A stretch of 64,000 nt of DNA, taken from Chrysemys picta bellii. Lineage: Eukaryota. The notes under the pieces are model-generated. The model searched no databases. It was not told the DNA's origin and saw nothing but the letters and a program-made list of their open reading frames with translations. The number at the start of each line of letters is the position of its first letter. Position 1 is the first letter of the stretch. Shown in pieces: positions 1 through 9,800 of the stretch. The position numbers and the translations under genes were made by a program. The stretch lies in assembly GCF_011386835.1 (NCBI RefSeq), contig NC_088805.1, forward strand, positions 32,302,001 through 32,366,000, in the 5' to 3' direction.

Positions 1-32
1 CGCGAGCCCCGGAGCGCCCAGCCCGGCCCCAG

Positions 33-60
33 CACCTACCTGAGCGCAGCCACTTCCGGG
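33..60 (-). other. HPS4: Probable first (non-coding) exon end and splice donor of HPS4, head-to-head with SRRD
   Basis: Minus strand reads CTCAG|GTAGGT with the donor at 39, in a CpG island about 125 nt from the SRRD ATG. The HPS4 identity rests only on known amniote synteny (HPS4 is divergent to SRRD); no HPS4 coding sequence is in the window. Confidence 0.55.
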
Positions 61-163
61 GCTGGGCCCGCCGATCACATGATACCGACACGTGACCGCC
101 CCCCCTCTACGGATCCCGGGCGGGGACAGCGCGGCGCGCGCCCGGCCCCTCGAGCCGGCCGGG

Positions 164-291
164 ATGGAGCAGGCCGGGCCCTGGCGCTGCGCGGGCCGCT
201 CGAGGCGAGGCCAGGCCCGCGGGCAGCGGGCGAGGCCGGGGGCTGAGGCTGGGCACAGCGGGGCGGTGCAGCGGCGGCTCCGGGAGGCCCG
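164..291 (+). CDS. SRRD: SRRD coding exon 1
   Basis: gggATGG at 164; MEQAGPW...VQRRLREA; donor CG|GTGAGT. Confidence 0.85.
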
Positions 292-3200
292 GTGAGTGCG
301 GGGCCGCGGCCAGCGCCCGCTCCGAACCCGGGTCATCGGCGGCCCCGACACCTCCTCCCCCCGGGCCAGGCTCCCCCCCGGCCACCTCCCCCCTGCTCGA
401 GGCCGTGCACCCCGCCCCCCCCCCCCCCGGGCCATGCAGCCTCCCGCCCCCGCCTCCCCCCCGACACCTCCCCCCCCCCCCGCTCCTCCCGACACCTCCC
501 CCCCCGGGCCAGGCTCCCCCCCCCCGACACCTCCCCCCTGCTCGGGGCCATGCACCCCGCCCCCCCCCCCGGGCCATGCAGCCTCCCGCCCCCGCCTCCC
601 CCCCGACACCTCACCCCCCCCGGCTCCTCCCGACACCTCCCCCCTGCTCGGGGCCGTGCACCCCGCCCCCCCCCCGGGCCATGCAGCCTCCCGCCTCCCC
701 CCCGACACCTCACCCCCCCCCGCTCCTCCCGACACCTCCCCCCCCGGGCCAGGCTCCCCCCCGGCCACCTCCCCCCTGCTCGGGGCCGTGCACCCCGCCC
801 CCCCCCCCGGGCCATGCAGCCTCCCGCCCCCGCCTCCCCCCCGACACCTCACCCCCCCCCGGCTCCTCCCGACACCTCCCCCCTGCTCGGGGCCGTGCAC
901 CCCGCCCCCGGGCCAGGCTCCCCCCGACACCTCCCCCCTGCCATGCATCCCTTCCTCTGCCCCCCCTCCCTTGCCACAGGGCCCCAGGACGGGCTCCTTC
1001 TCCTCCGCACACTCCCCGCGGAGCGGCCCCCCAGGCATACGGGGGCCCCACCAGCTCAGCCTGACTCTCCATTCACCCCGCCGGTCGCCCCAGACCCATT
1101 CCCGTCTGCATGGCCACCCTGCCGCCGGGTGACAGCTGCACTTTCCCTCTCCCCCAGAGAAGAGTTGCTGAGCTCCCCGTTCTGGGCCTGCAGTCAGAGT
1201 AAGTAGAACCCGCTGGAGTCGGTCACTGCTGCCTGGCCCGGTTCTCACGCTGCCTGGTGCTGGGTTTGCTGGCCGGGGAGAACCCCCTGCAGCGGGAACT
1301 GATGGCTGAAGTAGGAATGGTGTCCCTAGCCTCTGTCAGAGGGTGGAGATGGATGGCAGGAGAGAGATCACTTTAAACCAGGCCCAGGCTCCCTCCAGCC
1401 CCAAACTCCTGGCCATTCCGTGGAGAATGAGAGATGGCTAGTGTGGGATTGTCCTGCTGGTGACACGGGTCTGAAGCAGGACCAGTTGAAATGACTGCAC
1501 TTGAGGGCTAGACGTAAGAATGAGTGAGCCCGTGCCTTTCCCCTGCGGTTCTTGTTTGACTCTGGCATCTGTGGGGTCACTTCTGAACTTAGACCACAAG
1601 CTCTTCGGACCAGGTTCTATAACTTGCCTCATTTCTGTGAAGCACTTACCATGTTTTGGCTGCCCCATAATAATAAAACATGGACACAACTGAGAAGCCA
1701 AAGAGATATCACCTTTATCACAAGCATAAGGTTCAGCTTTGCTCATCTCCACCTTTTTAAAATAACATCTAAGGGAATAAAAGCATGATAAATGCCCCCC
1801 ACTGGGGATATACACCATTTGCAAAATATTCTGTTCTAAAGTTCTTGCATGTGGCTCTATTCTGCAACCACTCTTACAGGGCTGTTCAGAGCTGTGCTAA
1901 CTTACCCACTGACTCAAACTGTTTTGGGTTGGGAAATTATAGAGGTTTTCCCCACTTGCTGCCCGTCCATCGATTTTGTGCCCTACTCCCTGAGACAGCA
2001 AATCACATCAATATCCTTTCTACCAGGGAGAACTGGGCTGGTCCCAGCAGTCAGTGAGTGAGGCTTCCTTCTGGAACAGAGTGTGCTGCCTCCTCAGCAA
2101 ATGTGAGGTTTAAAGATATACATTAGAACCGGAAGTATATAAGCACATCTCATACTTCGGCATTTCTGACGCCTGCCTGACATTCACTTTCTCCAGGAGC
2201 CATCCAAGAATCCCTCAGCAAATGCTTAGAGCAAGGGGAAAAAACACCAGGGTCTATGTCAGAAGTCCTGTGTTCATTTGAAAACCTGCAACTTGAACCA
2301 TCCCATCAGTCAGTTATGAAACCCAGTTCGCCTTCAGGAGAGCCAGCTCACAAAAGCGGTCACCTGCGGTGTGTATGTTATGGCATTGGAAGCTTTTCCT
2401 CTTGTGTCATTTCTCGCTACCAACTAGCATTCTTGCTTCTGTTACTGGAGAAGTTACAGGTAAGAACTATACCCTCTGTTTAAATAGAAGTTACAGGGCC
2501 AAGTATCCAGCTAACACTTTTTCTTTCTTGCAGATTCCCAAAAGTCAGTGCTACATTTTTGATCCTTTATTTTCCGAATTGGAAATTAGTGTTCTGAATG
2601 ACCTTGGTGTAACAGTTGTCCTGGAGAATGAGGTAAGGTGGATTAAGGTTAGGATCTCTAAAATGTAAAGTAACAGGTTTATTCGATGAACAGAAAAAAG
2701 GAGCACTTCAGAGAAATCAAAGCAGTCCTTCCTACATGTGCGTTTGATGTGGACATATTGCAGGGTTTTTGCCTTTCACTTAATTCTAGTCTGGTCAATT
2801 GAAAGTTTCTCCTGTAGCCCTTTTATGGTTCTGACAGAGGGTTTAAGTGTCACATTTTATGTAGCACTTCTGTGAAAGTGGCATGTTTCCCATGGCATCA
2901 ACTTTTCCCTGGGCGATGGGTTGGAACATTCAACCAGCCAAGAAATCTGCTGGGCTTAAACAATGTTGGGCACTTTTAAATGGCCTTTGAGTGCCATTGA
3001 GTGGGCCCTAGTGCTTACAGAACCAGGGAAGCTGATTGAGTAATCTTAAGGAATGCTGTTTATCTGCAGGAGGGAAAACACCACATTCATGAATTCACCA
3101 TCTTTTATATGATCCACTGTGGAAAGGCTTTGTATAACAATCTGCTCTGGAGTAACTGGTCTGTAGATGCGCTGTCCAAAATGATCATTATTGGGAACAG

Positions 3201-5245
3201 TTTTAAAGGGATTGAGGAAAGGTAGGTACCCAAAAACGATTAATGTCCTCACATCTAAGGCAGAATTTCATTCACTAACTCTCATTACAGCAGTAATCCT
3301 TTATGCTTACCTGCTTCTGTGATATCTTCACAAACACTGGAGGAGCTGTCTTTTCATGCAGAACTTAATCATCAGCGCAAATATCTTCTGCACTTTAAGG
3401 TTTTAAGGTTCAATCTATCAACAAAGCTTTGACTTGCTGCCAAGTCTGTGGCCTTTCAAATGAGATCTAGTCAAACTTCCATGCACCCTGCTTTGGGGAT
3501 TACAACACTGCTGAGGTGAGAGGCTCTTTTCTTTAGAACAGTGACAATTTGGGAGGCCTCTAGCTTCCTGTTCTTGAGACTGGGCAAGGTTCAGTCACCC
3601 GAGCAGTGCAGCTCTCAATGTTTCTACATTTCACTTTTCTGCTTGTGGGCAGGCACAGCAGGGAAAGATTAATATATGTATCTGTGATTGAAAACAGAAC
3701 CAGAAGTGTTGCGTTATAAATCCATTTTAGCCACCAGGCGAGTGTCTACACTGTACCTCCAAACTGACTATTTTGCAAGATAATATAATATAAATAATAA
3801 TTTATGGAGATATACCTATCTCATAGAACTGGAAGGGACCCTGAAAGGTCATCGAGTGAAGGCAGGGGGCTGGACTAGCAGGACCAAGTACTGATTTTGC
3901 CCCAGATCCCTAAGTGGCCCCCTCAAAGATTGAACTCACAACCCTGGGTTTATCAGGCTGATGCTCAAACCACTGAGCTATCCCTCCCTCAAGATACAAG
4001 CAGCATGTCAAGGGCAGATAAAGAAATTGTTTATCCTTGCTATTACATTAGCTCAACCTTCCCGACTGGAGTTGCTAGATGTCTAGATGACTCCTTTACT
4101 ACTCCTCACATTGGAAAGGTTATGGGTGAAGATCACCTGTTGGAGAGCAAGACCATGCTCTGGTAAACTTGTGACATGTCACTTTTTAAACATGCAGCCT
4201 CTGCCTTTCTCTGTGACTTTGTCCTTTTTCTCCATACTCCTGTAATGTCTGAGCAGACCTCAGAATAACTTGAGTTCATTACAAACCAATATTTAAATGT
4301 GTTCAAAATTGCCCCTTGTACAGGCCCAGTTGCTTTTTCTAGTTTTCACATGCACATAGAAATAAGTAGTGAGGTAGACTCCCATCTATCTAAACTAAGC
4401 CTGATGCTAAGGGCTTCATCTGTGCTTTCTTTGGAATAGACATTTTATACATTCTGTACAACTTCAGCCTTGTGTGTTAACTAACTTCATTTTGTCTCTT
4501 AATACAACAAGCTTCCAAAACACAAATCAACAGTAAAGTCAATTGGTTCCAGTACTAATGTTTGTCTTTGTTTCTAGGTTGTTGGCAAGAATATTAGAGC
4601 GAGATTATTTGTACATAGCAAAGGTACAGTTTACTATTTAAGAAACATGAATATATTGTATTGGATAGTCACCTTAGTCTCTAGATATTGATGATAAATT
4701 AATGAGAACAGTTACATAATTTTTGTAATAATCCCTTTTGTTGGTTCTTGCATGCCGAAGCAGTGGTTTTCAACCTGTGGTGGTCCACAGACTGTCTAAG
4801 GTTTCCAAAGGGGTTCACACCTCAAATAAAAAATGTTTAGGGGTCCGTAAATGAAAAAGATAGAAAACCACTGTGCTAGAGCTAAAGGGGTCTGGCAGGA
4901 GCCCAGCTCAGCTGTTTAAAGGCTGGATGACACATTGCATGCAAGGTTTTAGCTTGGCTTCCTACAGTTTCTAGTTTACACATATTTTACCAAGATTGAT
5001 TTTGATTATGGAAACCATGTTCTATTGTATCTTGCATAACTGTGCTGTTCAACCATGTCTAGATTTTAAAAGGGACAGAGGAAGCTGCATTTCCAATTCA
5101 TCCTCAGTATATGGATATATTTAATGACACCTCCATCCACTGGTTTCCTTTACAAAAACTCAAGGAGCTCCCACCAGAAGCCTGGCAGTTTCAGGAAGAA
5201 CCAATGTACCCGGAATGTGATGACCTGGAGATTATCAGGAAATAG
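164..5245 (+). CDS. SRRD: SRR1 domain-containing protein, 7 coding exons, 303 aa
   Basis: Exons 164-291, 1158-1198, 2197-2459, 2534-2632, 3070-3221, 4578-4623 and 5063-5245 total 912 nt with no frameshift. Recognisable SRR1 motifs: [38 protein letters not shown]. Confidence 0.95.
343..940. repeat. C-rich higher-order minisatellite in SRRD intron 1
   Basis: About 13 subunits beginning CCGACACCT or GGCCACCT with poly-C runs. Confidence 0.9.
1158..1198 (+). CDS. SRRD: SRRD coding exon 2 (41 nt)
   Basis: ctttccctctcccccag|...[13 protein letters not shown]...|gtaagt; phase fits both neighbours. Confidence 0.85.
2197..2459 (+). CDS. SRRD: SRRD coding exon 3
   Basis: tttctccag|...[15 protein letters not shown]...LLLLLEKLQ|gtaaga. 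Confidence 0.95.
2534..2632 (+). CDS. SRRD: SRRD coding exon 4
   Basis: ttgcag|[14 protein letters not shown]...VVLENE|gtaagg. Confidence 0.95.
3070..3221 (+). CDS. SRRD: SRRD coding exon 5
   Basis: ctgcag|[18 protein letters not shown]...GNSFKGIEE|gtaggt. Confidence 0.95.
3800..3988 (-). mobile_element. Tortoise Pol III/SINE (tRNA-derived head, CR1-like 3' tail)
   Basis: Near-identical to the copies at 23075 and 41801; A/T-rich tail at about 3780-3803. Confidence 0.85.
4578..4623 (+). CDS. SRRD: SRRD coding exon 6 (46 nt)
   Basis: tttctag|...[15 protein letters not shown]|gtacag. Confidence 0.92.
4761..4873. mobile_element. Old hAT (Charlie-like) MITE
   Basis: TIRs CAGTGGTTTTC/GAAAACCACTG; degenerate 8-bp TSD (tgccgaag/tgctagag). 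Confidence 0.65.
5063..5245 (+). CDS. SRRD: SRRD coding exon 7 (last)
   Basis: tctag|ILKGTEE...[12 protein letters not shown]...DLEIIRK, then TAG at 5243-5245. Confidence 0.95.
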   Translation: MLKGTEEAAFPIHPQYMDIFNDTSIHWFPLQKLKELPPEAWQFQEEPMYPECDDLEIIRK

Positions 5246-5529
5246 GACAAATGGAGTTGTTTCATGCTAGGACCAGATTGAAATGGAATCTTTAATTATG
5301 CCCTGGAGTTTGTGCCTGTTTTTACAGGGCTACATTCACTTATAGTAAGGGGATGTTAAGCTCACTTACCACAACTATCAATATAACGGGGGCTGGCTAA
5401 CATATTTAGCCAGAAATCTTGACGGCAGCAGCACTATCTGCAAACAGAGCTTAATGTGACAGGTTTTGCTCAGAGATAGTGATTTTTTTTTAAATCTGTA
5501 CCTTAGCTTACCCTATTTATTATTCACTA

Positions 5530-5535
5530 AATAAA
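5530..5535 (+). terminator. Poly(A) signal, likely SRRD
   Basis: AATAAA about 285 nt after the SRRD stop, followed by a U-rich tract. Confidence 0.65.
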
Positions 5536-6408
5536 GTCATACGAGTTCTTTTTCCATTTTGCTGAACACTTGTATCTTGTGCTTTAAAAAGTGACTGTGT
5601 TGAACTGACCAGTTCCTAGAAGACTGGGCCTGCTTTCTGTAACCTCCCCAGATCAAGGCTGGCCGTCCCTGAGGTAGAAGTTTAGATCTGTATTTTGTAT
5701 CAGCGAGTTCTTCGCAGTTGTGTCTGACCCGCTACAGAACAGAGAATGAGATGCTCTCTCTCAAGGATTGGAGAGGTTAAGGGGTTCTCAACCACAGCTA
5801 AAAATACTGTATCAAGAAGCCATGAACTACAGGGGAGCTTTCCCTGTGCACTGCTATGGAAAGTTAGCTAGTGACTGCATTCTTGCATGATGATCCAGGA
5901 AGAGTCAGGCCTTAAACAACTCATCACTAATATGTATAGAGATACTGAGCAAGTTCTTCCAAGCAGATGTCCTCTAAGTTTGTTGAAGCATCACCACCTA
6001 CCCACTCTGAGGCCTATGTTTGACATTGCCTATCATAAGGCTTTGCCTGTGGGATTACAGTGCAAGGGTGAAGCTAAAACCAGAAAGAAATGCCGAATTA
6101 CCCCCACATTGAATTGGCATTCAGGAAGCATGATTTCATCAGCCAAGCAAGTTACAGAAACATTTTTCTTGAGGGGTTTAGCGGTGCAGCTGTTGCCTCA
6201 TGGGAAATTGTTAGGTGAGAAATTATTACTTTTTTTGCATAGCTGATCTGATTGCTAATCTAGTTTAAAGGGTGACAACTGCTTGTATCTCTCACTCAAC
6301 AGCACCTTTTAAACGCTAACTTTACCAACGTGTGCTATCTGAACAGCACTGTTCAAAAAAATCCTACAGAGCTGAAAATCCATCAGATCTACGAAGTCGA
6401 GTCACCTC

Positions 6409-6414
6409 TTTATT
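6409..6414 (-). terminator. Proximal poly(A) signal, likely TFIP11
   Basis: AATAAA on the minus strand about 87 nt after the TFIP11 stop. Confidence 0.65.
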
Positions 6415-6500
6415 GTAAGACAGTCACACTAAACAGCTGTCAGCAGGGGGCTCTTGACAATACTTACTATGTACAATGCTCCTGGCACAGAGCAGGATCC

Positions 6501-6856
6501 TTATTTAGCCATATCAATGAGACTCTGAAGAGAGGTTGGCACCCACGTCTTTTCTCCTTGTACAAACACAACACCCCTGTCAATGTAAATCACAATTCGT
6601 CCAAATGTGTACAATTGTTTTCCTTCATGCCGCTTCCCGATCACAGGCATGAAGACGATATTGTGTTCTTCTGCTTTTGTTTGAATGAGGTCCTTAAAAT
6701 TCATTGGCACAGAGCTAGCAGCCATGCCTATGCCCCGTTGGGCCATGTTCTCAGCCTCTCGCCGCTCCTGCATAGCTTCATACTGAAAGTCTTTCCTCCG
6801 CTCGGTGTGAGTGAGATAGGCAATGTTTTCCCGAGCACCTGGTTGCATGTAGCCAC
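6501..6856 (-). CDS. TFIP11: TFIP11 coding exon 12 (last)
   Basis: aaacag|...[13 protein letters not shown]...SLIDMAK, then TAA. Confidence 0.96.
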
Positions 6857-9800
6857 CTGTTTGGGAAAGAGTGAAATAGGTGAAGACAAGGTTCCAATCC
6901 ATGTTTGAACAGGATACAGTGGTGAACCTAAATGCTGAATGTCGGGGGTGCAGCATACACCTAGCCCAGTGGGACAGAGTCTTAAACGCTACGGTACATC
7001 TTTTACAGTATTTGATGCTAAAGAGATAGCAGGATATTCAGGCGAAACATTCTCTGAATCAATTCTTTTGAGCTATGACAAATGGCAGGATTTAAAACAA
7101 TCCTTTGTCACTGAATCTCACCAGAGTGTCTAGAACAGGTTAGACAGGGACGCTTGGAGGAAGTTACTCCACTGCAATGCCATTAGAAACGGAGGGAAAG
7201 CTGGGCAAACATGCTATGCTCCATGCAAACCCAAGCCCCTGCAATCAGACCAGCTGTCTACTAGCAGGTTAGACAGAGTGACTGCTGAGAAGCCAGGTAC
7301 TTCAGTAGCTGTAAAGAGCTCAACATCAATCAGCAACTCCACACACAAAGAGAGATGCTTTATGTCACTTGGTGCCTGCTCTGAGTACCATGCTAGGAGT
7401 GTCTCAGAAGAGGTGAATTTCCAGTATGGTACAATGTACACTTATAGCTGTGTATCTGGTTCATCATTTTACTATAGGAATATAACGCAGCCTTCAAGAC
7501 TGACTCTGGACTACCTTCTGTACTGTGCCATGGGCCCACAGTCCTTCCACAGGACTATACAATAAAACTTTAAAAGAAGCAGGGTAAGATGTTGATTCAC
7601 TGCTGGGGCAGGACACACAAAACAGGGAAGTGGGTTTCAGAGACAGTTTATTCTTCTCTAAGTTTTGCACCTTTTATGTGTTTAGTTCTCCCCCCACAAT
7701 CCTGTCAGCTGCTAACAAGCTGTACTAATTCCCAACAGTGCTTCCTCCTGGACACTTCCATAGTGCTGGGAAGGAGCACCAATTTTCACCACAAAGCAAA
7801 GATCACAGACTGTAGCTTTAGAAACCAAGTATTTGAACAATGGCCCCTCAGGGATGGTGTCCCTGGCCCTGTTTGCCAGAAGCTGGGAATGGGATGGATC
7901 ACTTGATGATTCCCTGTTCTGTTCATTCCCTCTGAAGCACCTGGCATTGGCCACTGTCAGAAGACAGGATACTGGGCTAGATGGGCCTTTAGTCTGACCC
8001 AGCATGTCCGTTCTTATGTTAATCACTGACAAACACACAGATACAAGACACTTAACATCTCTACACCTCTGCCCTTTAAATATGGAAACAGCAACTGTAC
8101 AAATTTTTTTTTTATATTTCAGTCAACTGCAGATATCAGAACAGCAGTCTAGTGCCACACATTTGTGAAACAGAAGCAAAGTATTTTTTCATGAGTGGTG
8201 GCAGGATCTATGGAAATTGTAGTTAGCAGGGGTTCTGACTGAATAGAAACTCATACACAAGAATCAAGTATTGCTGTATTGGGAAGCACTAGGTAGGATA
8301 GAAACGGTGAAGCCTTTACAACAAGTTACTTACCGACATTGGAAGAGACAGCCCGGTTCATGATATCAAGAGCTTCATTAAATTTGTCCTTGATCGATGG
8401 ATGTGCTAACACCTGGTCTGAGAACATAGACTTCCAACCAAGGTACCACTTGGTGATCTCTTCATAATTGGGGCTATTACTTAGCCAGGAGCACAGCACC
8501 TGCAAAGAAATCGAAAAACACACATCAATGGGGCGGCACAAACGTGGATCAATTAGTTTGATTCTAAATTTGCTTCTACTAACAAGAAGGGACTGTAAAT
8601 CTGATCTGCTAAAGAAGCAGAGTCTCCATCTGATATACACGGAGCCATCGCTAAGAAATGTCTGCATTTAACGTTCAAGCCATTTCTGCCATGCAATATA
8701 CACTGGGCAGGAGTTGGAATTCTGAGTTTAACCAATAAAATATTTCACTGGGCAACAGCCAGAGAGCCAAGTCCCTCACAGCCATTCAGCACCACCTTAT
8801 CATTGGCTTGTTCTTTAAAGCAAACAGTTCATTGGTTCGTCTCTTAACTACACACCTGCAGCCATTTGGGGAAGAAGTGTTTCTCCAGAAGTCCGACAAG
8901 GCTGGACACAGAGACCATCCCCTCCCAGTCGATCACCCAGTAAAATGCATCCATATGCTGCTGGTGAGGGTTAATGACGAGCTCATTGAGACACATCCCT
9001 GGGGAGAGAAGAGAGAAGTCAGAACAGGAACTGCTCTGCTGGCACATTGGCTGCTTTAAACTGCAGGAAGTACTTCAACCTATTCAGCTAGCAGTTTAAG
9101 TGGTCGAAGAGGACTTAAATCAAAGATGCTGCCTAACAGGGTTCAAACTCTTTAAACTGTTTGGATAATCTGAATAGCTACAGAAGCCATCCTTGGCTCC
9201 AAAAAGTATGCTAAATCTCTACTGGGTGCTACTCTCGGCTAGAAGCATACATCTTAAAACAGGACACTGAGTTTTACTTTAGGCTAGAGAGACATTAAAC
9301 CAGTTTGGATGGCATCAGGGGGGTTGTGTGAGACTCTGTTCTTTGGCTTGCCTCACCGAGTTTAGGCACAATGTTTTTGACCATGAAAGCCTCCCAAGAT
9401 CCTGGTGTAAACACTTCTTTCCAGGGCTGAAGGATCAGTTTGGCTGAGGAGTCACTGGGATGCCATTTCTGCAGTGCATTTGCCAACTTGTTTCGGATTG
9501 GAGAATATAATGGCTCTAATCGAGACTGCATCAGTGGAAGCCAGGGGTGAATCCAAGAGTGGATTGGGACAGTGTCTGTCAGAGGGTTCCAGTTTTCAAC
9601 CTTGAAACAAACAAGAAGTTACTGCAATAGAAATAAATCTGTCCAGTGACTCCTAAGCAGCTGAGCCCCTCCCTGCCAAATGCACACAAAATTATAATGA
9701 AAGCGTCCCCCTGTTAATAATGCTGCCCTGAGGCTCCAAAATGAAAAGGTTATCAAATATTCGTAACTCAGGGTGGTCTGAACGTTGGTTCAGAGCGTGG

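Larger units (their letters stand above)
1..340. promoter_or_regulatory. CpG-island bidirectional promoter (HPS4/SRRD)
   Basis: Very GC- and CpG-rich. Contains ETS CACTTCCGG (51-59), TCACATGA (75-82) and CACGTGAC (89-96). Confidence 0.8.

Noticed and set aside
92-163. In-frame N-terminal extension of SRRD in the ORF track
   Set aside because: It starts at GTG within the promoter E-box. The ATG at 164 has a good Kozak context and gives a normal-length protein.
343-940. Short constant motif with variable intervening sequence, superficially CRISPR-like
   Set aside because: The intervening segments are themselves repeated, there are no cas genes, and the context is a vertebrate intron.
107-1206. 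Overlapping long Pro/Gly/Arg-rich ORFs on both strands
   Set aside because: They arise from the stop-poor GC minisatellite in SRRD intron 1. Only 1158-1198 is a real exon.
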